Assembly: GCA_965237955.1 (NCBI GenBank)
Contig: OZ250169.1
Location: forward strand, 7,808,001 to 7,872,000
DNA length: 64,000 nt
Origin: Candidatus Marinacidobacterales bacterium
Lineage (GTDB): Bacteria; Acidobacteriota; Vicinamibacteria; Marinacidobacterales; SMYC01
Direction: 5' to 3'
Shown here: piece after piece, positions 49,033 through 59,653 of the stretch
How the letters are laid out: each line of letters starts with the position of its first letter
How positions within the stretch are numbered: the stretch's first letter is position 1
Notes under the pieces: generated by a model
Databases searched by the model: none
What the model saw: only the letters and a program-made list of their open reading frames with translations
Told to the model about the DNA's origin: nothing
Program-made: the position numbers and the translations under genes

Positions 49033-50117
49033 GGCGTTGTTGCACCGCTCTGGCTGAGAGCGAAATCCGCCTATGGTGGTGGCCGAGGTATGTTCGAGCA
49101 TGAAGTATCCCAAGCGCTGCCAGTACAAGCACGCGAAGCAGAAGAAGTACCACGTTCGCAACTGGGCGGAATACAACGAAGGGCTGCGCCGCCGGGGCGA
49201 TTTGACAGTCTGGTTTGACGAGGAGGCAATCGCGAACTGGAAGGCCGACAAGACCGGTAAGCCTGGCGGTCAACGGGTCTATTCAGACATGGCGATTGAA
49301 ACGGGCCTGGTTGTCCGGATGGTGTACAAGCTCGCCTACCGACAAACCGAAGGCTTCTTGCACTCGATCGCCTCGCTTCTCGGGCTCGGTATCGAGATCC
49401 CGGACTACTCGACGTTGTGTCGGCGCTCGAGGTTGCTCCGCAAGAAGCTGCGGATTCCGAAAGCCGCGAGCACTCAACCCATCCACCTGATGATCGATAA
49501 CACGGGCTTGAGGATTCATGTTGGAAACGCTCGCAAACCGCCAAAGCAGCGCGCATGGCGCAAGTTGCACATCGCCGTTGATCGCGAGACAGGGAACATT
49601 GTTGCGTCCGAACTGACGGCGTCACGAGCTCGCGACGCAACCCGAGTCCCCGCTTTGCTAACACAGATTCAAGCACCTCTAGTGTCGGTGGCGGCGGACA
49701 GTGCATACGACAAGGAAGCGGCCTACGAAGCCATCGAAGCGCACAGTCCTGGACGAAGGACGCGCGTGGTGATTCCGCCGCAACGAAACGCGACGCTCAG
49801 TCAGAATTCGAACACCGCCATGCAGGAGCGCGATCGCCATATTCGTGCAATCGAAAGACACGGCCGACGTGAATGGTACAAGCTCTCAGGCTACACCAAG
49901 CGAAGCATGGTGGAGAACGCGGTCTATCGTTACAAGGCGATCATCGGGCCGGAGATGCGGGCTCGAACGTTGGCGAGGCAACGAGTTGAACACCGAATTG
50001 GGTGCGAGATACTCAACAAGATGGCTGCGCTCGGGATGCCCGATACGTACTGCGCCGGGTGACTCTGCAACCGGCACAGGGAGGTCAGCGATTTGCTCCG
50101 GGCCGTGCAACAACGCC
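49033..50117 (+). mobile_element. IS5-family (IS903-like) element, copy 6; transposase 49073-50062
   Basis: Both IRs; intact ORF (IDNTG variant). Confidence 0.95.
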
Positions 50118-50151
50118 TCTTCGACATCAGATTCGGTGAATCGGGAAGGGC

Positions 50152-52356
50152 TCATGAGTCCCTGCGGGCGTCGAAATCGCGAAGGGATTGTTCCGCTTGG
50201 GCCACTATCTTTGCATTGCCACCTTTCCTTGCCAGTTCGCGCGCGATCTCGAAGTCCTCCCGCGCCTCGTCGTTGAGACCCAATGCAGCCTTCGCGGTGC
50301 CCCGTTTGCAATAGGCTTCGGCGTAGTCCGGATTCAGGCGGACCGCCCCGTCATAGTCGGTGATGGCGTCCTCATTCTGTTCCAGTGTTGCCTTTAGGAA
50401 GCCCCGGAGAAACCAGACTTCAGGCAGTTCCGGATTCAGGCGGACCGCTTCGTTGTAATCGGCGATGGCGTCTTCATGCTGGTATAGTGCTGCCTTCGTA
50501 TTGCCCCGGTTGAGGTAGGCTCCGGCATAGTTCGGATTCAGGCGGATCGCTTCGTTGTAATCGGCGATGGCGTCTTCATGCTGGTATAGTGCTGCCTTCG
50601 TATTGCCCCGGTTGAGGTAGGCTCCGGCATAGTTCGGATTCAGGCGGATCGCTTCGTTGTAATCGGCGATGGCATGTTCGTGCCGGTTCAGTACTGCTTT
50701 TACACCGCCCCGGTTGTTGTAAGCTATGGCATAGTCCGGATTCAGACGGATCGCTTCGTTGTAATCGGCGATGGCGTCTTCATGCTGGTTCAGTGCTGCC
50801 TTCGTATTGCCCCGGTTGAGGTAGGCTTCGGCATCGTTCAGATCCAGGCGGATCGCTTCGTTGTAATCGGCGATGGCATGTTCGTGCCGGTTCACTGCTG
50901 CTTTTACGAAGCCCCGGGCGTGGTAGGCTTCGGCATAGTCTGGATCTAGGCGGATCGCTTGGTCGTAATCGGTGAGGGCATCTTCATGCCGGTTCAGTTC
51001 TGCCTTTCCATTACCCCGGCTGATGTAGGCTAAAGGATAGTCTGGTTTCAGCTGGATCGCTTGGTCGTAATCGGTGAAAGCGCCCTCATGCTGGTTCAGT
51101 GCTCTCTTCGTGTTGCCCCGGTTGTTGTAGGCTCTGGCATCTTTCGGATTTAGGCGAATCGCTTGGTCGTAATCGGCGATGGCGTCTTCATGCTGGTTCA
51201 GTGCTGCCTTTCCAGTACCCCGATTGAGGTAGGCTTCGGCATAGTCCGGATTCAGGCGGATCGCTTCGTTGTAATCGGCGATGGCGTCTTCATGCCGGTT
51301 TAGTGCAGCCTTTTCAATGCCTCGGTTGTTGTAGACTACGGCATCGTCCGGTTTCAGCTGGAGCGCTTGGTCAAAATCGGCGATGGCGTCTTCATGCTGG
51401 TTTAGTGCAGCCTTTTCAATGCCTCGGTTGTTGTAGACTACGGCATCGTCCGGTTTCAGCTGGAGCGCTTGGTCAAAATCGGCGATGGCGTCTTCATGCT
51501 GGTTCAGTGCTGCTTTTCCAGCACCCCGGTTGTTGTAGGTGTCATAGGCCGGTTCCAGGCGGAGCGCTTGGTCATAGGCCGATACACTGCCTTTCGGGTC
51601 TTTGTCCTGAAGCAGATAACCGATTGAAAACCAAGCTCTGGCGGCGAGAGCGTGATCTCCTTCTTCTGCGATGTGGACGATGGCACGCCATTTCTCAATG
51701 GCATCGTCTCGGTTGCCTTCCTGCTGGAGAGAAATAGCGTGAGCAATTGCCTTATCTATCAGTGATGCTTCAGGATTTTCACGGACACTTTCAACGGCCT
51801 GATTCGCTTCTTCAGGGTTATCCGCAGCAGTCTCGGCATTCATGCGCCGGATGATCTCGTTGGATTTATAGCGGTTCCCCTCAATTTCTCTTACGTAGCG
51901 CTCAGCGGCTACGGTATGCTCGGCGGCGGTCTTGACACTATTTTTCGCCTCACTTTCGATTTCTCGGAATCGACTGAAACCTATATAACCGCCCAGGACA
52001 ACGACGATGGCAAAGAATCCAAGGACCACGGTCAGGGCAGCCAGCCACCAGTCGACGGTGCCCGCCCGATCATCTAGAAGTTCACTTCGGAGTTCGTTGA
52101 TGTAGCGCTGGATTTCGACTTCGATTGCGGGAGACATCGTCGGTCCGGCGGGCGAACCGGGTTGCCCAGACGCGTCGTCATCCGTGCTGTTCTCGTCGTC
52201 CGTTGACCTGGCGTTGACTTCCGCTCCCTCGGACTCTACAGGAACGCTTTCAATGGTGGATTCGGTTGTTTGTGCCAACGAAACCATCGGAACAGCCCCC
52301 GCCATTGCAGCAACGACAAGCCCAAGCCGAGTTCGGGCCGTAACCCACCGAATCAT
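50152..52356 (-). CDS. Membrane-anchored tetratricopeptide repeat protein (about 14 TPRs)
   Basis: Signal/TM segments, then tandem 34-aa (102-bp) repeats AY.NRG..KA.L..HE.AIADY..AIRL.P. Confidence 0.92.
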   Translation of the reverse strand: MIRWVTARTRLGLVVAAMAGAVPMVSLAQTTESTIESVPVESEGAEVNARSTDDENSTDDDASGQPGSPAGPTMSPAIEVEIQRYINELRSELLDDRAGTVDWWLAALTVVLGFFAIVVVLGGYIGFSRFREIESEAKNSVKTAAEHTVAAERYVREIEGNRYKSNEIIRRMNAETAADNPEEANQAVESVRENPEASLIDKAIAHAISLQQEGNRDDAIEKWRAIVHIAEEGDHALAARAWFSIGYLLQDKDPKGSVSAYDQALRLEPAYDTYNNRGAGKAALNQHEDAIADFDQALQLKPDDAVVYNNRGIEKAALNQHEDAIADFDQALQLKPDDAVVYNNRGIEKAALNRHEDAIADYNEAIRLNPDYAEAYLNRGTGKAALNQHEDAIADYDQAIRLNPKDARAYNNRGNTKRALNQHEGAFTDYDQAIQLKPDYPLAYISRGNGKAELNRHEDALTDYDQAIRLDPDYAEAYHARGFVKAAVNRHEHAIADYNEAIRLDLNDAEAYLNRGNTKAALNQHEDAIADYNEAIRLNPDYAIAYNNRGGVKAVLNRHEHAIADYNEAIRLNPNYAGAYLNRGNTKAALYQHEDAIADYNEAIRLNPNYAGAYLNRGNTKAALYQHEDAIADYNEAVRLNPELPEVWFLRGFLKATLEQNEDAITDYDGAVRLNPDYAEAYCKRGTAKAALGLNDEAREDFEIARELARKGGNAKIVAQAEQSLRDFDARRDS

Positions 52357-52365
52357 CTCGCTTCC

Positions 52366-53068
52366 CGTCCTGTGCCAAAACTCGGCTCGTTTGAAATAGA
52401 CCATAATCTATACCCAGACATCACACGGTGGAAATCTATCAATAACAGAGCAGAATACGAACGCAGGTACCCCGTCGTGTCCAAAAACACAAACGAACTC
52501 AAGACCCGCGATTCCAAATACTTGTAAGCAGGCGCTTCTGCACACGGGCGCCGCGACCTCGGCCGGCGCGCCCAGCACGAGACCAGGGTCAGCGGGTTGC
52601 GGTCCCTGTCGGGCGATGCGAGGTCGGTTGCGTGTCCTTCATCATCATTATAGTCGGCACCCTGGGCATCAGCGGGGGAACCGTCCGGCGCAGCGGGCTT
52701 CTGGTCAGGCTCCATCGTTGTCCTCCGCTGCGACCTGCCCGGCATTCCGTCGTGTCCAAAAATACAAACGAACTCAAGACCGGCGCGCCGGGATTTTTCG
52801 GATGAGAGGTTGTGAGGTCGGAATACTCATGCGGCTTTCCGATGATAGAAACGTAGCAACCCGCCAAGCCGTTCAAGGGAGCGGACCTTGCGCTCGGACT
52901 GAGGTAACTGGTCGCTGTCTGGGAACAGCAGCAGATCCTCCTTGCCTTGATGATTCCTCTCGTGGTGATGGTAGACAACGTACTCCCTAAGTGCATGACG
53001 GATTCAAGCGGCCCTTGAAAAGGTGCAAACTGCTGACCCGCTGGGTGTTCGAGTATTTTGACTAGACG
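52366..53068. mobile_element. Mosaic of integrase-core element ends and 3' transposase scraps
   Basis: M end at 52366, CGTCGTGTCCAAAAA ends near 52472 and 52748, GAGTATTTTGACTAGACG near 53068; segments shared with 59132-59653. Confidence 0.7.
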
Positions 53069-53271
53069 GGTATCTTCCACGGCGCGAGCCTCGACTGGAT
53101 TCAGGAAGGGACGGTGCACAACCGGAACCGGTGGCACAACCTCAAGTACTACACCTGGGTCGAGCAGCAGGGAAAGAGTGTCGAGGAGCTCGATGCCCAG
53201 CGCAATCCGGAGTGGTGGCTTGCGCACCAGGCGAGAGTCAAAGAGCTCGACGAAGGAATCCTCTCGCTGCG

Positions 53272-54606
53272 TTAGCCGGCAAAGCCCAAGAGCTTCGGCA
53301 AATTCTCCGTGACGGCGCGCTCCGCCTCCTCTTGGCGCGGCGCGAGTGCAACCACGTCGAGCTTGCCGGAACGCTCGAGCGGCCCGACGTTGTAGAAGAT
53401 GAACCGACCCCTGCGCTCCGCGGGATCGTAGAGCTCGTCCCCCGCCAATTGCAGAATCTCGGCGAATCTCGCTCCCACGAGCTTCTCGTGCACGAAATCC
53501 TGCGCGCGATAGGGAGGACGATGCCGGGACGTGAGCCTGTCGACGAGAGCCATGGGTATGCTCGTTCCACCCCAACGCCCGTTGCACTCGGTAAATCGGA
53601 TGACGTCCTCGTCGAGAACGAGGAAATCGAACGAGCAACGCCCCACGTAGCCGATCTCCTGAAGTGCGCCGGCTACGGCGAGACTCGCCTTCGAAAGCCG
53701 CGCGTCGATGGACGGGCCAAGGCCCGACGGACGGCTTCCCACGAAAACCTTCTCCTCACCTTCCAGGATCTGCTCGTAGATGCCCTCGACGAGGGGCGCG
53801 CCCTTGCCTCGCGGCGGAATCCAGGTTTGCGTCGACGGCGACCGCTCCGTATCTTCCCAGGCAACGGCGAGCACCTCCTCCTTTCCGTCCCACTCGGTGC
53901 GCTCGAGAAACTCTCGGACGATATGAACGACCTCCTCTTCGTCCCGACCGCGCAACTGACGGGCGTCGAAGACCTGGTTGCCCATTCCCGAGGCACAACA
54001 GCTACGCTTGAGACCAACCCTTTGGTGGTCGGAGGCGAGCCGCGAGAGGTTGCGGGCAATGGCCTCGGCTGAGCCCGCAAACAACGTCGGTCCGATCCAC
54101 TCTCGACCGAGGACACTCGCTACGAGCTCTGTGAAGCGCTTCTTGTCGTTCGCGATCCAGGTCACGGGCGGCGGGGGTCCGATGACGCGCACCGATGCCT
54201 GGGCGTCTCGCGCCAGACGAGCGGCAAGCTCCCAGACGGGATCGATACTCATGTAGGGATGTAGAAGCACCTCGCCCGCGTCCCTCGCCCAGGCCGCGAT
54301 CCTTTCGTACGCGCTGCCGCTGGAGCAGGCTCGAGCTACCTCGATCGGCTCGCCCACCGGATCGGCGAGCACGAGCCCCGGGCGTCCGAGACCCAGGATC
54401 TTCCGGCAGTACTCCTCGTAATCTTCCGTCGGTGGAGTCACCGTCGCAAAGAGATCGCCGTCTCCGGCGCGGGTTCGCGCGCGGTGCTGATAGGCCTCGA
54501 CGCCAGCGATATTGACGAGAAAGGGGATCGCGGAAACGTCGTCGAGGTAGAGCGTAGGGAGCCCTCGGTCGCCCGTCCATAGGTGGGCTTCGAGCTCGTT
54601 CGGCAT
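53272..54606 (-). CDS. ATP-grasp domain protein (pre-ATP-grasp plus ATP-grasp)
   Basis: ANDKKRF, LKR...ASGMGN, SPSTQ, GRCSFDF and FTECNGRWGG. Confidence 0.8.
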   Translation of the reverse strand: MPNELEAHLWTGDRGLPTLYLDDVSAIPFLVNIAGVEAYQHRARTRAGDGDLFATVTPPTEDYEEYCRKILGLGRPGLVLADPVGEPIEVARACSSGSAYERIAAWARDAGEVLLHPYMSIDPVWELAARLARDAQASVRVIGPPPPVTWIANDKKRFTELVASVLGREWIGPTLFAGSAEAIARNLSRLASDHQRVGLKRSCCASGMGNQVFDARQLRGRDEEEVVHIVREFLERTEWDGKEEVLAVAWEDTERSPSTQTWIPPRGKGAPLVEGIYEQILEGEEKVFVGSRPSGLGPSIDARLSKASLAVAGALQEIGYVGRCSFDFLVLDEDVIRFTECNGRWGGTSIPMALVDRLTSRHRPPYRAQDFVHEKLVGARFAEILQLAGDELYDPAERRGRFIFYNVGPLERSGKLDVVALAPRQEEAERAVTENLPKLLGFAG

Positions 54607-54626
54607 GAGGCTACAATCCTAGCACC

Positions 54627-54860
54627 ATGCAAAGATTCGCCCTGTACCTTCAGGACAAACACCAGCTTTCCGACTGCATCCGCTATGCGAAATATGCGGA
54701 AGAAAACGGATTCGAAGCCGTCTGGCAGGCGGAGAGCCCGACGAGCTCGTCCTCGGGATCACCGCGACGGGAACCCTGCGGAAGAGCACAAGCGGGTTCA
54801 GGAGTACATCGCCCGAGGATGCACCTGCCCCGTGCTCTACCCACTGGGCGACCCTTATTT
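54627..54860 (+). pseudogene. LLM-class flavin oxidoreductase collapsed to its N- and C-termini
   Basis: ALYLQDKH...[15 protein letters not shown] joined directly to PDELV..ITATG...[18 protein letters not shown]. Confidence 0.7.
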
Positions 54861-54912
54861 AAGGGTCTACGCGGATTCGTGTGGGCTGAAGACGGCATTT
54901 CTGGGTAATGTT

Positions 54913-55072
54913 AGAGGTGTCTAGGCTTGGTTGGCAATGGAAGCTCAAAGCCTGACAATCATTGGGATTCCTGTGGGTGCTTCCGCCATCAAGAGGTGTC
55001 TAGGCTTGGTTGGCAATGGAAGCTCAAAGCCTGACAATCATTGGGATTCCTGTGGGTGCTTCCGCCATCAAG
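54913..55072. repeat. 79-bp exact tandem duplication including the IS1-like IR
   Basis: AGAGGTGTCTAGG...GGTGCTTCCGCCATCA occurs twice. Confidence 0.9.
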
Positions 55073-55155
55073 TGATGGAATGGACTCCTCCGCTGACATA
55101 GACGGCATCGATGTGCCAAAGTCAGTCGAATACGCATCGAAAAGGAGGAGTCCGA

Positions 55156-56187
55156 ATGAAAGATACGACGATCGCTGTGGATCTTGCAAAGAACGTCTTC
55201 GAGATTGCCATCTCGGGAGAAGCGGGGAAGGTGTCCAAGCAACTCCGTGTGAGTCGACCCAAGTTGGTGTCGTTTTTTGCCAAACAGAGCGCTGCCACCG
55301 TGCTTCTCGAAGCCTGCGGCTCTGCTCACTTCTGGGCAAGGACGTTCCGAAGGTTGGGACACGACGTCGTCCTGCTCCCACCTCACCTCGTGAGGCCCTA
55401 TCGACGCGGGAGCAAGAACGACCGCGCCGACGCCAAAGCGTTGCTCGAGGCCTACAGGAACGAGGAGATTCTTCCCGTGCCCATTAAGTCCGTGCACCAG
55501 CACAGCCTCGCCGCGCTCCATCGCCTGCGCTCAGGATGGCTCTCCACACGGACCGCACGCATCAATGCCGTACGCGGGATCCTGCGCGAACTCGGATTCA
55601 TCATCCCAAAGGGCGCTCACTTCGTCGTGCCCGCCCTCTTCGAACTCGTCGAAGACGCTGATTCTGATTTGCCCGACGTGCTCCGTTCGCATCTCCGTGA
55701 TGCCTGCTCCGAGATTCGAGAACTCAAGGACAAGTGCGCTGGCATCGAGCACGAGCTCAAGGCGCTCACCAAGCAGCTTCCTGAAGTCCAACGACTTCTC
55801 GCCATTCCCGGCATCGGACTTCTGACCGCGACCGCCATCGTGGGCTTCGTCGGCGATCTTCGCCGCTTCCCATCGGGGCGCCGCTTCTCGAGCTACCTCG
55901 GCCTAGTTCCCAAGGAAAACTCCAGTGGCGACATTCGCCGCCTCGGACGCATCACCAAGCGTGGCGACTCCTACCTCCGTATGCTCCTCACCCAGGGCGG
56001 GCGCGCCGTGCTCCGCGCGGCGAACGTCAGTAAGAGCCCGCCCGACAAGCTCCGCGCCTGGGCTCGGAAGGTCCACCGCTCGCGGGGACACAACAAGGCC
56101 GTGATTGCTGTCGCCAACAAACTCGCCCGGATCGTCTGGGCCGTCTCCACCCGCGAGAGTGAATTCCAGTCGCCGATGGCCGCTTAG
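55156..56187 (+). CDS. IS110 DEDD recombinase/transposase
   Basis: AVDLAK, LLEAC, KNDRADA, IPGIG, GLVPKENSSG and ANKLARI. Confidence 0.95.
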   Translation: MKDTTIAVDLAKNVFEIAISGEAGKVSKQLRVSRPKLVSFFAKQSAATVLLEACGSAHFWARTFRRLGHDVVLLPPHLVRPYRRGSKNDRADAKALLEAYRNEEILPVPIKSVHQHSLAALHRLRSGWLSTRTARINAVRGILRELGFIIPKGAHFVVPALFELVEDADSDLPDVLRSHLRDACSEIRELKDKCAGIEHELKALTKQLPEVQRLLAIPGIGLLTATAIVGFVGDLRRFPSGRRFSSYLGLVPKENSSGDIRRLGRITKRGDSYLRMLLTQGGRAVLRAANVSKSPPDKLRAWARKVHRSRGHNKAVIAVANKLARIVWAVSTRESEFQSPMAA

Positions 56188-56836
56188 ACTTAGAGGCTCC
56201 ACTTTCGTGTTTTCCTTTTTCCCTTCCAAAAGAGGCTGCGACGATACCCATCCAACTGATGGCGTACCGGTCGGACCGGCGCGGGGTCAAGCCGATAGCA
56301 ACACTGGCCCTAAGAGGTCGTTCAAAGTGATTGGCTCCTCGCGCGCGGATTTTCCATCATGGCCCGGAGCACCCAAGACGCTCCTCACTGAGGCCGAAGA
56401 TACGTTTGCAGTCTGACCCACTCGTCACGACGCGATGGATGCGCAGCTTCGATGGAAGATTTATTAAGAAAGGGGCTTGACTAGAGGAGTCCAGATATGA
56501 ATTCCAGTCGCCGATGGCCGCTTAGACTTAGAGGCTCCACTTTCGTGTTTTCCTTTTTCCCTTCCAAAAGAGGCTGCGACGATACCCATCCAACTGATGG
56601 CGTACCGGTCGGACCGGCGCGGGGTCAAGCCGATAGCAACACTGGCCCTAAGAGGTCGTTCAAAGTGATTGGCTCCTCGCGCGCGGATTTTCCATCATGG
56701 CCCGGAGCACCCAAGACGCTCCTCACTGAGGCCGAAGATACGTTTGCAGTCTGACCCACTCGTCACGACGCGATGGATGCGCAGCTTCGATGGAAGATTT
56801 ATTAAGAAAGGGGCTTGACTAGAGGAGTCCAGATAT
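56161..56836. repeat. 338-bp exact tandem duplication of the IS110 right end
   Basis: 56161-56498 equals 56499-56836. Confidence 0.92.
56230..56420 (+). ncRNA. Predicted bridge/seek RNA (second identical copy 338 bp downstream); boundaries approximate
   Basis: Target loop GCCGA-TAGCAACA...AAGTGAT-TGGC and donor loop TTCCAT...AGATA match the reconstructed target and circle junction. Confidence 0.8.
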
Positions 56837-58020
56837 GTTGCTACGCGGCTGCGGGCAGTGGTACAGGTGCGGAAGAGACCGGGTTGCGCGCCCTAGTGAG
56901 CAGGAAAACCTCGATCCGCAACCACAAAGGAATCGTCGTCGCCAAGAAGATGTCTCGAAAGGTGAGCCGTCGCGTCGTCAGACCAGCCTGCATAGCCGGA
57001 GTTCGGATCTCACGTCCGAACTTCAGAGCTCCGTGCGGTCGGACGAAGTTGTAATAGCAACGGAGCAACTCCAGGTGCTCATCGAGCCTCTCCGTCGAGC
57101 GAGCGTGGGAAAGCGTTCGTCTCGAAAGGTATGCCGAGCTTTGCCGGATGGTCAGATTCAACCGCTCGATGAACGACGTGTTCAATGTCGAAGAGTCCTC
57201 GGAGTTATTGAGCGCGTCTTCGAATCGCCACGCGGCTCCGTGCAGCGCTCTCCGTTCGACCTTGATGATACGATCGTTCCTGCGAGTTTTGAGGACTTGG
57301 CCGTAGAGACACGCTGGCCCGAAGAAGCGACGGATGACCTTCTGGTAGAATTCGAATCCATCCGTAACGATCAAGGGAAGATGCTCGAAATTCATCCGCC
57401 TCGAAAGGTCGTGAAACAGAGCGTGAGTGTTCCGGTAGCTTCGCCTTCCCGTCACCGTCGATGGCCAGAGCCGAGACCAGACCTCGATCGTAACGAAGAC
57501 CCAACTCGGCGTCTTCTTGTCGCCCGCGAACGTGCGAATCTCGTCGGCTTGAAGCTCTTCGGCAGCGAAGCCGGCGATCCTTGTGTGGTTGAATTGACGA
57601 CACACTTGGGCTGCCTTCTCGAGCCAGCGGGCGACGGTGTTCCAGGCAATCCCTTCGATCCGGGAAATCGCGGAAATGCTGATACCCTCGACTCTGAGAG
57701 CGATGACCACATCGAAAGTAGCTCTTCGATGTTGGAGACGGTAGTAGGGCGTGCCTTTCGTCGAGGAGAACGTCTTTCCGCACTCGCCGCACCGGTATCG
57801 ACGGCGTTTCCCGGACCTGGTTCGGTAGAATCCGTGGCGAACGATGTTTCCGGAACTGACTTTGCCCCGCAACGGACATGCGGGATTGAGACATCTGCTA
57901 TTCTTCACTTCGGCTCGGCCCTGACGATGAGAGAACTGTGTCTTCAGAATTCTGGTTCAAACTCTAGCACGCGAACGGGTTACGCGGCAGCCACCAACAC
58001 TTCATGGCGGAAGCACCCAC

Positions 58021-58356
58021 ATGCGAGTGAAGTCGGTCATCGCCCGCGTGAGCCGCGAGGGCGACACGTACAAAGCGCTCGGTTTCGTCTTGAACGACGG
58101 GACGCCGCTCGAATCCGTCGAGGTGCGCGTCGATGACGGCCCGTGGCAAAAAGCGTCGATGGAGCCCTCGGCAGGCAAATATGCGTGGAAGCTCTTCACG
58201 TATATTTGGACGGGCGCAAGCCCTGGAGAGCATACGTTGGTCTCGAGGGCAACGGATACAGAAGGTCGGGTCCAGCCGGTTCGCGAAGACCTCGCGAACA
58301 AGAAGACTTTCTTGGAAGACAACTCCCAGCATCCGCGCACGATCATGATTTCCTGA
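58021..58356 (+). pseudogene. Sulfite-oxidase-family Mo-co dimerisation domain fragment
   Basis: KSVIAR, VEVRVDDGPW, AWKLF, GEHTLVSRATD..G.VQP; 5' part lost at the IS1-like end. Confidence 0.8.
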
Positions 58357-58374
58357 TCGACGCGCCCACCGCGT

Positions 58375-59067
58375 GTGTCGAAAAAGAACAAGGCGCCCTG
58401 GATTCTTGCGGGCGCCATCGTCGGTACGTTAGCTCTCTACGTGGCGCCCTATGGGCGCTACGTTGCCTATCCACTTTTGCTGCTCTCGACCTACGCCCAC
58501 GAAATGGGCCATGGGCTGACCGCCCTCCTGGTGGGGGGCACATTCGAGTCGCTCGTCATATTCGCAGACGGCTCGGGCGTCGCTTATTTGGGCATCCCGG
58601 ATAGCCGGCTCGCCCGCGCGGCCACGTCCGCGGGTGGATTGGTGGGACCTGCTCTTCTCGCGGCGGTGTTTTTCTGGCTCGCCAAGCGACCTAAAACCGC
58701 CCATGCCGGCCTCATGATCTTTGGGGTCGCGAGTCTCGTGGCGCTCGTGCTCGTCGTACGAAACCCTGTCGGATGGTTTCTCGTCGGCGCGCTCGGCGCC
58801 GGCTCGGTCGTCTTGGCGGTGAAGTCGAGCCCTCATGCGGCGCAAGTCGTCCTCGCGTTCATGGCCGTACAGCTGAGCCTCAGTGTCTTCTCGCGCGGCG
58901 ACTATCTCTTCACGCAATCGACCGGGGTCGGCCCGTCAGACGTCGCCCAGATGGCAGAGGCGCTCTGGCTCCCCTATTGGTTCTGGGGCTTCGTTTGCGG
59001 GGCCATTTCGGTGGCCGTATTGATGACGGGAATGCGCAGCTTCCTGCGAGCCGCGCCGAGCGGCTGA
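58375..59067 (+). CDS. M50B-like membrane metallopeptidase
   Basis: HEMGHG, SAGG.VGP and SDVAQMA; multiple TM helices. Confidence 0.85.
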   Translation: MSKKNKAPWILAGAIVGTLALYVAPYGRYVAYPLLLLSTYAHEMGHGLTALLVGGTFESLVIFADGSGVAYLGIPDSRLARAATSAGGLVGPALLAAVFFWLAKRPKTAHAGLMIFGVASLVALVLVVRNPVGWFLVGALGAGSVVLAVKSSPHAAQVVLAFMAVQLSLSVFSRGDYLFTQSTGVGPSDVAQMAEALWLPYWFWGFVCGAISVAVLMTGMRSFLRAAPSG

Positions 59068-59131
59068 GCTAAGACTCGGCGCGCGCAGCATGGTGCTTGC
59101 GCTGTTTACTGTTGGTAATATGTACGCATCC

Positions 59132-59653
59132 CGTCCTGTGCCAAAACTCGGCCCTCTTGAAATAGACCACAAATCAGCAACTTAGACGCCCTTGGAATCC
59201 GCCGACCCTTGGGCTGCGGGGCGAGCTGCGGGCAGCGGACTGCGCACCCGGAAGCCCCCGTCGTGTCCGCAAATACGAACGAACTCACCACCTCGGGCCT
59301 TTGGAAAGGTGCAAACTGCTGACCCGTTGGGCGTTCGAGTATTTGGACTAGACGGGCTCCTTCATCACTATTATAGTCGGCACCCTGGGCATCAGCGGGG
59401 GAACTGTCCGGCCCAGCAGGCTTCTGGTCAGGCTCCATCGCGGTAGGGTCGAGGGCTGGCACGGTGCTCCGTAGGCGCGGCCTATCTGTTTCTCCCCGTT
59501 TCCTGTGGGAGTGTCCGTAAGGTCAAAATACTCATGCGGCTTCCCTATGGTAGAAACGTAGCAACCCGCCAAGCCGTTCACGGGAGCGCACCATAGACAC
59601 TAAGCTGCTGATTTATGGTCTATTTCAAAAGGGCCGAGTTTTGGCACAGGACG
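59132..59653. mobile_element. 522-bp non-autonomous unit bounded by inverted M ends
   Basis: Interior is a patchwork also seen at 33950-34125, 52620-52720 and 5745-5826. Confidence 0.75.

Larger units (their letters stand above)
55075..56837 (+). mobile_element. IS110-family, IS1111-type element
   Basis: Subterminal IR TGGACTCCTC (55081) / GAGGAGTCCA (56822); ATG shared at both junctions; long 3' non-coding end. Confidence 0.92.
55055..58017 (-). mobile_element. IS1-family-like element (transposase 56841-57908) interrupted by IS110
   Basis: IR GGTGCTTCCGCCAT(C/G)AAGTG at both ends; Zn ribbon, HTH, ADE, TDG, IERLN and TPAMQAGL; about 1.2 kb without the insert. Confidence 0.8.

Noticed and set aside
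50300-51560. 102-bp near-identical repeats as DGR template/variable repeats
   Set aside because: They are in-frame TPR units; no reverse transcriptase in the window and differences are not confined to adenines.
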